Of a stretch of 64,000 nt of DNA, positions 11,565 to 26,400 are shown in pieces. The position numbers and the translations under genes are program-made. The notes under the pieces were generated by a model. It had not been told where the DNA came from. It was given only the letters and a program-made list of their open reading frames with translations, and searched no databases. This DNA is from the human T2T-CHM13v2.0 reference genome, Homo sapiens. Within the stretch, counting starts at the first letter, position 1; each line of letters begins with the position of its first letter. The DNA lies in assembly GCF_009914755.1 (NCBI RefSeq), contig NC_060927.1; one strand, written 5' to 3'.

Positions 11565-14450
11565 TCCAATCTGCTCTGTCTAAAGGAAGGTTCAACTCTG
11601 TGAGTTGAATACACACACACAAAGAAGCTACTGAGAATTCTTTTGTCAAGAATTATAAGAAGAAATCCCGTTTCCAACGAAGGCCTCAAAGAGTTCCAAA
11701 TATCCACTTGCACACTGTACAAACTAAGTCTTTCCAAACTGCTCTATGCAAAGAAATGTTCAACTCTGTGAGTTTAATACACACATCACAAAGCAGTTTC
11801 TGAGAATGATACTGTCTAGTTTTTATACGAAGATATTTCCTTTTGTACCATTGGCCTCATACTGCTAGAATTTTCCACTTGCAAATTCCACAAAAAGAGT
11901 GTTTCCAATCCGCTCTGTCTAAAGGAAGGTTCAACTCTCTGATTTGAATACATACATCCCAAAAGAAGTTACTGAGAATTCTTCTGTCTAGCATTATGTG
12001 AAGAAATCCCGTTTCCAACGAAAGCCTCAAAGAGGTCCAAATATCCAGTTGCAGAATTTACAAACTGTTTCCAAACTCATCTATGAAAAGAAAGGTTAAA
12101 CTCTGTGAGTTGAATGCACATATCACAAAGTAGTTCCTGAGAATGATTCTGTCTAGTTTTTATACGAAGATATTTCCTTTTCCACCAATGGCCTCAAAGT
12201 GCTTGAAATCTCCCCTTGCAAATTCCACAGACAAGTGTTTCAAATCTGCACTGTCTAAAGGAAGGTTCAACCCTGTGAGTTGAATACACACACACAGGAA
12301 AAAATTCACTGAGAATTCTATTGTCTATCATTACACGAAGAAATCCCGTTTACTACGAAGGCCTCAAAGAGGTCCAAATATCCAGCTGCAGACATTACAA
12401 ACTGAGTGTTTCCAAAGTGCTCTATGAAAAGAAGTGTTAAACACTGTGAGTTCAATGCACACATCCTAAAGCAGTTTCTGAGAATGATTCCGTCTATTTT
12501 TTCTACGAAGATATTTCCTTTTCTACCGTTGGCCTCAAAGCGCTTGAAATCTCCACTTGCAAATTCCACAAAAAGAGAGTTTCAAATCTGCTCTGTCTAA
12601 AGGAAGGTTCAACTCTGTGAGTTGAATACACACCACAAAAAGAAGTTACTGAGAATTCTTCTGTCTAGCATTATATGAAAAATCCCGTTTCCAACGAAGG
12701 CCACAAAGAGGTCCAAATATCCACTTGCAGATTCTGCAAAAAGAGTGTTTCCAAACTGCTCTATGAAAAGAAACGTTAAACTCTGTGAGTTGAACGCAAA
12801 CATCACAAAGTAGTTTCTGAGAATGACTCCGTCTAGTTTTTATACGAAGATATTTCCTTTCCTACCATTCACTTCAAAGCGCTTGAAGTCTCCCCCTGAA
12901 AATTCCACAAAAAGTGTTTCCAATCTGCTCCGCCTAAAGGAAGCTTCAACTCTGTGAGTTGAATACCCACAACCCAAAGAAGTTACTGAGAATTCTTCTG
13001 TCTAGCATTATATGAAGAAATCCCGTTTCCAACGAAGGCCTCAAATACATCCAAATATCCAGTTGCTGACTTTACAAACTGAGTGTTTCCAAACTGCTCT
13101 ATGAAAAGAAAGGTTAACACTGTGAGTTGAACACACACGTACCAAAGTAGTTTCTGAGAATGATTCTGTCTAGTTTGCATACGAAGATATTTCCTTTTCT
13201 ACCATTGGCCTCAAAGCTCTGAAATCTCCACTTGCAAACTCCACAAAAAGAGAGTTTCAAATCTGCTGTTTCTAAAGGAAAGTTCAACTCTGAGAGTTGA
13301 ATACACACCAGAAAAAGCAGTTACTGAGAAGTCTTCTGTCTAGCATTATATGAAGAAATCCCATTTCCAACGAAGACTTCAAAGAGGTCCAAATATCCAC
13401 TTGCAGATTCTGCAAAAAGAGTGTTTCGAAACAACTGTATGAAAAGAAAGGTTAAACACTGTGAGTTGAACGCACACATTGCAAAGCAGTTTCTGAGAAT
13501 GATTCCGTCTAATTATTATACGAAGGTATTTCCTTTTCTATCATTGGCCCCAAAGCGCTTGATACCTCCACCTGAAAATTCCACAAAAAGAGTGTTTCCA
13601 ATCTACTCTGTCTAAAGGAACGTTCAACTCTCTGAGTTGAATACACACACACAGAAAGAATTCACTGAGAATTCTTCTGTCTGGCATTACATGAAGAAAT
13701 CCCGTTTCCAACGAAGGCCTCAAAGAGGTCCAAATATCCACTTGCAGATTCTGCAAAAAGAGTGTTTCAAAACCGCTCCATTAAAAGGAATGTTGAACTC
13801 TGTGAGTTGAATGCAAACATCACAACTCAGTTTCTGAGAATGCTTCTGACTAGATTTTATGGTAAGATATTTCCTTTTCTACCGTAGGCTTCAATGTCCT
13901 CTAAATACACCCTTGCAAATTCTACAAAGAGACTGTTTCATAACTGCTCTATAGGAAGAAAGGTTCAACTCTGTGAGTTGAATGCAGAGATCACAACGTG
14001 GTTTCTGCGAATGATTCTTTGTAGTTTTTACATGAAGATATTTCGTTGTCAACCGTAGGCTTCAAAGCACTCAAAGTATTCACTTGGAACTTTTACAAAA
14101 AGAGTGTTAGAAAACTGCTCTTTCCAAAGTAAGGTTCAACTCTGTGAGTTGAATGCACACATAACAATCAAGAAGTTTCTGAGAATTCTTCTGTCCTGGT
14201 TTATATGAACAAATCCCGTTTCCAACGAAGGCCTCAAAGACGTTTAAATATCCACTTGCAGACTTCACAAACAGAGTGTTTCCAAACTGCTCTATGAAAA
14301 GAAAGGTTAAACTCTGTGAGTTGAACGCACACATCACAAAGTAGTTTCTGAGAATGATACTGTCTAGTTTTTATACGAAGATATTTCCTTTCTACCATTG
14401 GCGTCAAAGCGCTAGAATTCTCCACTTGCAAATTCCACAAAAAGAGTGTT
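11565..14450 (-). repeat. HOR copy U5, 2886-bp variant (4-bp and 1-bp deletions)
   Basis: caaactgtttcc at ~12061 replaces caaactgactgtttcc, and aggttaacac at ~13111 replaces aggttaaacac. ORF offsets shift by 2887 and then 2890. Confidence 0.95.
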
Positions 14451-17400
14451 TCCAATCTGCTCTGTCTAAAGGAAGGTTCAACTCTGTGAGTTGAATACAC
14501 ACACACAAAGAAGCTACTGAGAATTCTTTTGTCAAGAATTATAAGAAGAAATCCCGTTTCCAACGAAGGCCTCAAAGAGTTCCAAATATCCACTTGCACA
14601 CTGCACAAACTAAGTCTTTCCAAACTGCTCTATGCAAAGAAATGTTCAACTCTGTGAGTTTAATACACACATCACAAAGCAGTTTCTGAGAATGATACTG
14701 TCTAGTTTTTATACGAAGATATTTCCTTTTGTACCATTGGCCTCATACTGCTAGAATTTTCCACTTGCAAATTCCACAAAAAGAGTGTTTCCAATCCGCT
14801 CTGTCTAAAGGAAGGTTCAACTCTCTGATTTGAATACATACATCCCAAAAGAAGTTACTGAGAATTCTTCTGTCTAGCATTATGTGAAGAAATCCCGTTT
14901 CCAACGAAAGCCTCAAAGAGGTCCAAATATCCAGTTGCAGAATTTACAAACTGACTGTTTCCAAACTCATCTATGAAAAGAAAGGTTAAACTCTGGGAGT
15001 TGAATGCACATATCACAAAGTAGTTCCTGAGAATGATTCTGTCTAGTTTTTATACGAAGATATTTCCTTTTCCACCAATGGCCTCAAAGTGCTTGAAATC
15101 TCCCCTTGCAAATTCCACAGACAAGTGTTTCAAATCTGCACTGTCTAAAGGAAGGTTCAACCCTGTGAGTTGAATACACACACACAGAAAAAAATTCACT
15201 GAGAATTCTATTGTCTATCATTACACGAAGAAATCCCGTTTACTACGAAGGCCTCAAAGAGGTCCAAATATCCAGCTGCAGACATTACAAACTGAGTGTT
15301 TCCAAAGTGCTCTATGAAAAGAAGTGTTAAACACTGTGAGTTCAATGCACACATCCCAAAGCAGTTTCTGAGAATGATTCCGTCTATTTTTTCTACGAAG
15401 ATATTTCCTTTTCTACCGTTGGCCTCAAAGCGCTTGAAATCTCCACTTGCAAATTCCACAAAAAGAGAGTTTCAAATCTGCTCTGTCTAAAGGAAGGTTC
15501 AACTCTGTGAGTTGAATACACACCACAAAAAGAAGTTACTGAGAATTCTTCTGTCTAGCATTATATGAAAAATCCCGTTTCCAACGAAGGCCACAAAGAG
15601 GTCCAAATATCCACTTGCAGATTCTGCAAAAAGAGTGTTTCCAAACTGCTCTATGAAAAGAAACGTTAAACTCTGTGAGTTGAACGCAAACATCACAAAG
15701 TAGTTTCTGAGAATGACTCCGTCTAGTTTTTATACGAAGATATTTCCTTTTCTACCATTCACTTCAAAGCGCTTGAAGTCTCCCCCTGAAAATTCCACAA
15801 AAAGTGTTTCCAATCTGCTCCGCCTAAAGGAAGCTTCAACTCTGTGAGTTGAATACCCACAACCCAAAGAAGTTACTGAGAATTCTTCTGTCTAGCATTA
15901 TATGAAGAAATCCCGTTTCCAACGAAGGCCTCAAATACATCCAAATATCCAGTTGCTGACTTTACAAACTGAGTGTTTCCAAACTGCTCTATGAAAAGAA
16001 AGGTTAAACACTGTGAGTTGAACACACACGTACCAAAGTAGTTTCTGAGAATGATTCTGTCTAGTTTGCATACGAAGATATTTCCTTTTCTACCATTGGC
16101 CTCAAAGCTTTGAAATCTCCACTTGCAAATTCCACAAAAAGAGAGTTTCAAATCTGCTGTTTCTAAAGGAAAGTTCAACTCTGAGAGTTGAATACACACC
16201 AGAAAAAGCAGTTACTGAGAAGTCTTCTGTCTAGCATTATATGAAGAAATCCCATTTCCAACGAAGACTTCAAAGAGGTCCAAATATCCACTTGCAGATT
16301 CTGCAAAAAGAGTGTTTCGAAACAACTGTATGAAAAGAAAGGTTAAACACTGTGAGTTGAACGCACACATTGCAAAGCAGTTTCTGAGAATGATTCCGTC
16401 TAATTATTATACGAAGGTATTTCCTTTTCTATCATTGGCCTCAAAGCGCTTGATACCTCCACCTGAAAATTCCACAAAAAGAGTGTTTCCAATCTACTCT
16501 GTCTAAAGGAACGTTCAACTCTGTGAGTTGAATACACACACACAGAAAGAATTCACTGAGAATTCTTCTGTCTGGCATTACATGAAGAAATCCCGTTTCC
16601 AACGAAGGCCTCAAAGAGGTCCAAATATCCACTTGCAGATTCTGCAAAAAGAGTGTTTCAAAACCGCTCCATTAAAAGGAATGTTGAACTCTGTGAGTTG
16701 AATGCAAACATCACAACTCAGTTTCTGAGAATGCTTCTGACTAGATTTTATGGTAAGATATTTCCTTTTCTACCGTAGGCTTCAATGCCCTCTAAATACA
16801 CCCTTGCAAATTCTACAAAGAGACTGTTTCATAACTGCTCTATAGGAAGAAAGGTTCAACTCTGTGAGTTGAATGCAGAGATCACAACGTGGTTTCTGCG
16901 AATGATTCTTTGTAGTTTTTACATGAAGATATTTCGTTGTCAACCGTAGGCTTCAAAGCACTCAAAGTATTCACTTGGAACTTTTACAAAAAGAGTGTTA
17001 GAAAACTGCTCTTTCCAAAGTAAGGTTCAACTCTGTGAGTTGAATGCACACATAACAATCAAGAAGTTTCTGAGAATTCTTCTGTCCTGGTTTATATGAA
17101 CAAATCCCGTTTCCAACGAAGGCCTCAAAGACGTTTAAATATCCACTTGCAGACTTCACAAACAGAGTGTTTCCAAACTGCTCTATGAAAAGAAAGGTTA
17201 AACTCTGTGAGTTGAACGCACACATCACAAAGTAGTTTCTGAGAATGATACTGTCTAGTTTTTATACGAAGATATTTCCTTTCTACCATTGGCGTCAAAG
17301 CGCTAGAATTCTCCACTTGCAAATTCCACAAAAAGAGGGTTTCCAATCTGCTCTGTCTAAAGGAAGGTTCAACTCTGTGAGTTGAATACACACACACAAA

Positions 17401-20400
17401 GAAGCTACTGAGAATTCTTTTGTCAAGAATTATAAGAAGAAATCCCGTTTCCAACGAAGGCCTCAAGGAGTTCCAAATATCCACTTGCACACTGCACAAA
17501 CTAAGTCTTTCCAAACTGCTCTATGCAAAGAAATGTTCAACTCTGTGAGTTTAATACACACATCACAAAGCAGTTTCTGAGAATGATACTGTCTAGTTTT
17601 TATACGAAGATATTTCCTTTTGTACCATTGGCCTCATACTGCTAGAATTTTCCACTTGCAAATTCCACAAAAAGAGTGTTTCCAATCCGCTCTGTCTAAA
17701 GGAAGGTTCAACTCTCTGATTTGAATACATACATCCCAAAAGAAGTTACTGAGAATTCTTCTGTCTAGCATTATGTGAAGAAATCCCGTTTCCAACGAAA
17801 GCCTCAAAGAGGTCCAAATATCCAGTTGCAGAATTTACAAACTGACTGTTTCCAAACTCATCTATGAAAAGAAAGGTTAAACTCTGTGAGTTGAATGCAC
17901 ATATCACAAAGTAGTTCCTGAGAATGATTCTGTCTAGTTTTTATACGAAGATATTTCCTTTTCCACCAATGGCCTCAAAGTGCTTGAAATCTCCCCTTGC
18001 AAATTCCACAGACAAGTGTTTCAAATCTGCACTGTCTAAAGGAAGGTTCAACCCTGTGAGTTGAATACACACACACAGAAAAAAATTCACTGAGAATTCT
18101 ATTGTCTATCATTACACGAAGAAATCCCGTTTACTACGAAGGCCTCAAAGAGGTCCAAATATCCAGCTGCAGACATTACAAACTGAGTGTTTCCAAAGTG
18201 CTCTATGAAAAGAAGTGTTAAACACTGTGAGTTCAATGCACACATCCCAAAGCAGTTTCTGAGAATGATTCCGTCTATTTTTTCTACGAAGATATTTCCT
18301 TTTCTACCGTTGGCCTCAAAGCGCTTGAAATCTCCACTTGCAAATTCCACAAAAAGAGAGTTTCAAATCTGCTCTGTCTAAAGGAAGGTTCAACTCTGTG
18401 AGTTGAATACACACCACAAAAAGAAGTTACTGAGAATTCTTCTGTCTAGCATTATATGAAAAATCCCGTTTCCAACGAAGGCCACAAAGAGGTCCAAATA
18501 TCCACTTGCAGATTCTGCAAAAAGAGTGTTTCCAAACTGCTCTATGAAAAGAATCGTTAAACTCTGTGAGTTGAACGCAAACATCACAAAGTAGTTTCTG
18601 AGAATGACTCCGTCTAGTTTTTATACGAAGATATTTCCTTTTCTACCATTCACTTCAAAGCGCTTGAAGTCTCCCCCTGAAAATTCCACAAAAAGTGTTT
18701 CCAATCTGCTCCGCCTAAAGGAAGCTTCAACTCTGTGAGTTGAATACCCACAACCCAAAGAAGTTACTGAGAATTCTTCTGTCTAGCATTATATGAAGAA
18801 ATCCCGTTTCCAACGAAGGCCTCAAATACATCCAAATATCCAGTTGCTGACTTTACAAACTGAGTGTTTCCAAACTGCTCTATGAAAAGAAAGGTTAAAC
18901 ACTGTGAGTTGAACACACACGTACCAAAGTAGTTTCTGAGAATGATTCTGTCTAGTTTGCATACGAAGATATTTCCTTTTCTACCATTGGCCTCAAAGCT
19001 CTGAAATCTCCACTTGCAAATTCCACAAAAAGAGAGTTTCAAATCTGCTGTTTCTAAAGGAAAGTTCAACTCTGAGAGTTGAATACACACCAGAAAAAGC
19101 AGTTACTGAGAAGTCTTCTGTCTAGCATTATATGAAGAAATCCCATTTCCAACGAAGACTTCAAAGAGGTCCAAATATCCACTTGCAGATTCTGCAAAAA
19201 GAGTGTTTCGAAACAACTGTATGAAAAGAAAGGTTAAACACTGTGAGTTGAACGCACACATTGCAAATCAGTTTCTGAGAATGATTCCGTCTAATTATTA
19301 TACGAAGGTATTTCCTTTTCTATCATTGGCCTCAAAGCGCTTGATACCTCCACCTGAAAATTCCACAAAAAGAGTGTTTCCAATCTACTCTGTCTAAAGG
19401 AAGGTTCAACTCTGTGAGTTGAATACACACACACAGAAAGAATTCACTGAGAATTCTTCTGTCTGGCATTACATGAAGAAATCCCGTTTCCAACGAAGGC
19501 CTCAAAGAGGTCCAAATATCCACTTGCAGATTCTGCAAAAAGAGTGTTTCAAAACCGCTCCATTAAAAGGAATGTTGAACTCTGTGAGTTGAATGCAAAC
19601 ATCACAACTCAGTTTCTGAGAATGCTTCTGACTAGATTTTATGGTAAGATATTTCCTTTTCTACCGTAGGCTTCAATGCCCTCTAAATACACCCTTGCAA
19701 ATTCTACAAACAGACTGTTTCATAACTGCTCTATAGGAAGAAAGGTTCAACTCTGTGAGTTGAATGCAGAGATCACAACGTGGTTTCTGCGAATGATTCT
19801 TTGTAGTTTTTACATGAAGATATTTCGTTGTCAACCGTAGGCTTCAAAGCACTCAAAGTATTCACTTGGAACTTTTACAAAAAGAGTGTTAGAAAACTGC
19901 TCTTTCCAAAGTAAGGTTCAACTCTGTGAGTTGAATGCACACATAACAATCAAGAAGTTTCTGAGAATTCTTCTGTCCTGGTTTATATGAAAAAATCCCG
20001 TTTCCAACGAAGGCCTCAAAGACGTTTAAATATCCACTTGCAGACTTCACAAACAGAGTGTTTCCAAACTGCTCTATGAAAAGAAAGGTTAAACTCTGTG
20101 AGTTGAACGCACACATCACAAAGTAGTTTCTGAGAATGATACTGTCTAGTTTTTATACGAAGATATTTCCTTTCTACCATTGGCGTCAAAGCGCTAGAAT
20201 TCTCCACTTGCAAATTCCACAAAAAGAGTGTTTCCAATCTGCTCTGTCTAAAGGAAGGTTCAACTCTGTGAGTTGAATACACACACACAAAGAAGCTACT
20301 GAGAATTCTTTTGTCAAGAATTATAAGAAGAAATCCCGTTTCCAACGAAGGCCTCAAAGAGTTCCAAATATCCACTTGCACACTGCACAAACTAAGTCTT

Positions 20401-23400
20401 TCCAAACTGCTCTATGCAAAGAAATGTTCAACTCTGTGAGTTTAATACACACATCACAAAGCAGTTTCTGAGAATGATACTGTCTAGTTTTTATACGAAG
20501 ATATTTCCTTTTGTACCATTGGCCTCATACTGCTAGAATTTTCCACTTGCAAATTCCACAAAAAGAGTGTTTCCAATCCGCTCTGTCTAAAGGAAGGTTC
20601 AACTCTCTGATTTGAATACATACATCCCAAAAGAAGTTACTGAGAATTCTTCTGTCTAGCATTATGTGAAGAAATCCCGTTTCCAACGAAAGCCTCAAAG
20701 AGGTCCAAATATCCAGTTGCAGAATTTACAAACTGACTGTTTCCAAACTCATCTATGAAAAGAAAGGTTAAACTCTGTGAGTTGAATGCACATATCACAA
20801 AGTAGTTCCTGAGAATGATTCTGTCTAGTTTTTATACGAAGATATTTCCTTTTCCACCAATGGCCTCAAAGTGCTTGAAATCTCCCCTTGCAAATTCCAC
20901 AGACAAGTGTTTCAAATCTGCACTGTCTAAAGGAAGGTTCAACCCTGTGAGTTGAATACACACACACAGAAAAAAATTCACTGAGAATTCTATTGTCTAT
21001 CATTACACGAAGAAATCCCGTTTACTACGAAGGCCTCAAAGAGGTCCAAATATCCAGCTGCAGACATTACAAACTGAGTGTTTCCAAAGTGCTCTATGAA
21101 AAGAAGTGTTAAACACTGTGAGTTCAATGCACACATCCCAAAGCAGTTTCTGAGAATGATTCCGTCTATTTTTTCTACGAAGATATTTCCTTTTCTACCG
21201 TTGGCCTCAAAGCGCTTGAAATCTCCACTTGCAAATTCCACAAAAAGAGAGTTTCAAATCTGCTCTGTCTAAAGGAAGGTTCAACTCTGTGAGTTGAATA
21301 CACACCACAAAAAGAAGTTACTGAGAATTCTTCTGTCTAGCATTATATGAAAAATCCCGTTTCCAACGAAGGCCACAAAGAGGTCCAAATATCCACTTGC
21401 AGATTCTGCAAAAAGAGTGTTTCCAAACTGCTCTATGAAAAGAAACGTTAAACTCTGTGAGTTGAACGCAAACATCACAAAGTAGTTTCTGAGAATGACT
21501 CCGTCTAGTTTTTATACGAAGATATTTCCTTTTCTACCATTCACTTCAAAGCGCTTGAAGTCTCCCCCTGAAAATTCCACAAAAAGTGTTTCCAATCTGC
21601 TCCGCCTAAAGGAAGCTTCAACTCTGTGAGTTGAATACCCACAACCCAAAGAAGTTACTGAGAATTCTTCTGTCTAGCATTATATGAAGAAATCCCGTTT
21701 CCAACGAAGGCCTCAAATACATCCAAATATCCAGTTGCTGACTTTACAAACTGAGTGTTTCCAAACTGCTCTATGAAAAGAAAGGTTAAACACTGTGAGT
21801 TGAACACACACGTACCAAAGTAGTTTCTGAGAATGATTCTGTCTAGTTTGCATACGAAGATATTTCCTTTTCTACCATTGGCCTCAAAGCTTTGAAATCT
21901 CCACTTGCAAATTCCACAAAAAGAGAGTTTCAAATCTGCTGTTTCTAAAGGAAAGTTCAACTCTGAGAGTTGAATACACACCAGAAAAAGCAGTTACTGA
22001 GAAGTCTTCTGTCTAGCATTATATGAAGAAATCCCATTTCCAACGAAGACTTCAAAGAGGTCCAAATATCCACTTGCAGATTCTGCAAAAAGAGTGTTTC
22101 GAAACAACTGTATGAAAAGAAAGGTTAAACACTGTGAGTTGAACGCACACATTGCAAAGCAGTTTCTGAGAATGATTCCGTCTAATTATTATACGAAGGT
22201 ATTTCCTTTTCTATCATTGGCCTCAAAGCGCTTGATACCTCCACCTGAAAATTCCACAAAAAGAGTGTTTCCAATCTACTCTGTCTAAAGGAACGTTCAA
22301 CTCTGTGAGTTGAATACACACACACAGAAAGAATTCACTGAGAATTCTTCTGTCTGGCATTACATGAAGAAATCCCGTTTCCAACGAAGGCCTCAAAGAG
22401 GTCCAAATATCCACTTGCAGATTCTGCAAAAAGAGTGTTTCAAAACCGCTCCATTAAAAGGAATGTTGAACTCTGTGAGTTGAATGCAAACATCACAACT
22501 CAGTTGCTGAGAATGCTTCTGACTAGATTTTATGGTAAGATATTTCCTTTTCTACCGTAGGCTTCAATGCCCTCTAAATACACCCTTGCAAATTCTACAA
22601 AGAGACTGTTTCATAACTGCTCTATAGGAAGAAAGGTTCAACTCTGTGAGTTGAATGCAGAGATCACAACGTGGTTTCTGCGAATGATTCTTTGTAGTTT
22701 TTACATGAAGATATTTCGTTGTCAACCGTAGGCTTCAAAGCACTCAAAGTATTCACTTGGAACTTTTACAAAAAGAGTGTTAGAAAACTGCTCTTTCCAA
22801 AGTAAGGTTCAACTCTGTGAGTTGAATGCACACATAACAATCAAGAAGTTTCTGAGAATTCTTCTGTCCTGGTTTATATGAACAAATCCCGTTTCCAACG
22901 AAGGCCTCAAAGACGTTTAAATATCCACTTGCAGACTTCACAAACAGAGTGTTTCCAAACTGCTCTATGAAAAGAAAGGTTAAACTCTGTGAGTTGAACG
23001 CACACATCACAAAGTAGTTTCTGAGAATGATACTGTCTAGTTTTTATACGAAGATATTTCCTTTCTACCATTGGCGTCAAAGCGCTAGAATTCTCCACTT
23101 GCAAATTCCACAAAAAGAGTGTTTCCAATCTGCTCTGTCTAAAGGAAGGTTCAACTCTGTGAGTTGAATACACACACACAAAGAAGCTACTGAGAATTCT
23201 TTTGTCAAGAATTATAAGAAGAAATCCCGTTTCCAACGAAGGCCTCAAAGAGTTCCAAATATCCACTTGCACACTGCACAAACTAAGTCTTTCCAAACTG
23301 CTCTATGCAAAGAAATGTTCAACTCTGTGAGTTTAATACACACATCACAAAGCAGTTTCTGAGAATGATACTGTCTAGTTTTTATACGAAGATATTTCCT

Positions 23401-26400
23401 TTTGTACCATTGGCCTCATACTGCTAGAATTTTCCACTTGCAAATTCCACAAAAAGAGTGTTTCCAATCCGCTCTGTCTAAAGGAAGGTTCAACTCTCTG
23501 ATTTGAATACATACATCCCAAAAGAAGTTACTGAGAATTCTTCTGTCTAGCATTATGTGAAGAAATCCCGTTTCCAACGAAAGCCTCAAAGAGGTCCAAA
23601 TATCCAGTTGCAGAATTTACAAACTGACTGTTTCCAAACTCATCTATGAAAAGAAAGGTTAAACTCTGTGAGTTGAATGCACATATCACAAAGTAGTTCC
23701 TGAGAATGATTCTGTCTAGTTTTTATACGAAGATATTTCCTTTTCCACCAATGGCCTCAAAGTGCTTGAAATCTCCCCTTGCAAATTCCACAGACAAGTG
23801 TTTCAAATCTGCACTGTCTAAAGGAAGGTTCAACCCTGTGAGTTGAATACACACACACAGAAAAAAATTCACTGAGAATTCTATTGTCTATCATTACACG
23901 AAGAAATCCCGTTTACTACGAAGGCCTCAAAGAGGTCCAAATATCCAGCTGCAGACATTACAAACTGAGTGTTTCCAAAGTGCTCTATGAAAAGAAGTGT
24001 TAAACACTGTGAGTTCAATGCACACATCCCAAAGCAGTTTCTGAGAATGATTCCGTCTATTTTTTCTACGAAGATATTTCCTTTTCTACCGTTGGCCTCA
24101 AAGCGTTTGAAATCTCCACTTGCAAATTCCACAAAAAGAGAGTTTCAAATCTGCTCTGTCTAAAGGAAGGTTCCACTCTGTGAGTTGAATACACACCACA
24201 AAAAGAAGTTACTGAGAATTCTTCTGTCTAGCATTATATGAAAAATCCCGTTTCCAACGAAGGCCACAAAGAGGTCCAAATATCCACTTGCAGATTCTGC
24301 AAAAAGAGTGTTTCCAAACTGCTCTATGAAGAGAATCGTTAAACTCTGTGAGTTGAACGCAAACATCACAAAGTAGTTTCTGAGAATGACTCCGTCTAGT
24401 TTTTATACGAAGATATTTCCTTTTCTACCATTCACTTCAAAGCGCTTGAAGCCTCCCCCTGAAAATTCCACAAAAAGTGTTTCCAATCTGCTCCGCCTAA
24501 AGGAAGCTTCAACTCTGTGAGTTGAATACCCACATCCCAAAGAAGTTACTGAGAATTCTTCTGTCTAGCATTATATGAAGAAATCCCGTTTCCAACGAAG
24601 GCCTCAAATACATCCAAATATCCAGTTGCTGACTTTACAAACTGAGTGTTTCCAAACTGCTCTATGAAAAGAAAGGTTAAACACTGTGAGTTGAACACAC
24701 ACGTACCAAAGTAGTTTCTGAGAATGATTCTGTCTAGTTTGCATACGAAGATATTTCCTTTTCTACCATTGGCCTCAAAGCTCTGAAATCTCCACTTGCA
24801 AATTCCACAAAAAGAGAGTTTCAAATCTGCTGTTTCTAAAGGAAAGTTCAACTCTGAGAGTTGAATACACACCAGAAAAAGCAGTTACTGAGAAGTCTTC
24901 TGTCTAGCATTATATGAAGAAATCCCATTTCCAACGAAGACTTCAAAGAGGTCCAAATATCCACTTGCAGATTCTGCAAAAAGAGTGTTTCGAAACAACT
25001 GTATGAAAAGAAAGGTTAAACACTGTGAGTTGAACGCACACATTGCAAAGCAGTTTCTGAGAATGATTCCGTCTAATTATTATACGAAGGTATTTCCTTT
25101 TCTATCATTGGCCTCAAAGCGCTTGATACCTCCACCTGAAAATTCCACAAAAAGAGTGTTTCCAATCTACTCTGTCTAAAGGAACGTTCAACTCTGTGAG
25201 TTGAATACACACACACAGAAAGAATTCACTGAGAATTCTTCTGTCTGGCATTACATGAAGAAATCCCGTTTCCAACGAAGGCCTCAAAGAGGTCCAAATA
25301 TCCACTTGCAGATTCTGCAAAAAGAGTGTTTCAAAACCGCTCCATTAAAAGGAATGTTGAACTCTGTGAGTTGAATGCAAACATCACAACTCAGTTGCTG
25401 AGAATGCTTCTGACTAGATTTTATGGTAAGATATTTCCTTTTCTACCGTAGGCTTCAATGCCCTCTAAATACACCCTTGCAAATTCTACAAAGAGACTGT
25501 TTCATAACTGCTCTATAGGAAGAAAGGTTCAACTCTGTGAGTTGAATGCAGAGATCACAACGTGGTTTCTGCGAATGATTCTTTGTAGTTTTTACATGAA
25601 GATATTTCGTTGTCAACCGTAGGCTTCAAAGCACTCAAAGTATTCACTTGGAACTTTTACAAAAAGAGTGTTAGAAAACTGCTCTTTCCAAAGTAAGGTT
25701 CAACTCTGTGAGTTGAATGCACACATAACAATCAAGAAGTTTCTGAGAATTCTTCTGTCCTGGTTTATATGAACAAATCCCGTTTCCAATGAAGGCCTCA
25801 AAGACGTTTAAATATCCACTTGCAGACTTCACAAACAGAGTGTTTCCAAACTGCTCTATGAAAAGAAAGGTTAAACTCTGTGAGTTGAACGCACACATCA
25901 CAAAGTAGTTTCTGAGAATGATACTGTCTAGTTTTTATACGAAGATATTTCCTTTCTACCATTGGCGTCAAAGCGCTAGAATTCTCCACTTGCAAATTCC
26001 ACAAAAAGAGTGTTTCCAATCTGCTCTGTCTAAAGGAAGGTTCAACTCTGTGAGTTGAATACACACACACAAAGAAGCTACTGAGAATTCTTTTGTCAAG
26101 AATTATAAGAAGAAATCCCGTTTCCAACGAAGGCCTCAAGGAGTTCCAAATATCCACTTGCACACTGCACAAACTAAGTCTTTCCAAACTGCTCTATGCA
26201 AAGAAATGTTCAACTCTGTGAGTTTAATACACACATCACAAAGCAGTTTCTGAGAATGATACTGTCTAGTTTTTATACGAAGATATTTCCTTTTGTACCA
26301 TTGGCCTCATACTGCTAGAATTTTCCACTTGCAAATTCCACAAAAAGAGTGTTTCCAATCCGCTCTGTCTAAAGGAAGGTTCAACTCTCTGATTTGAATA

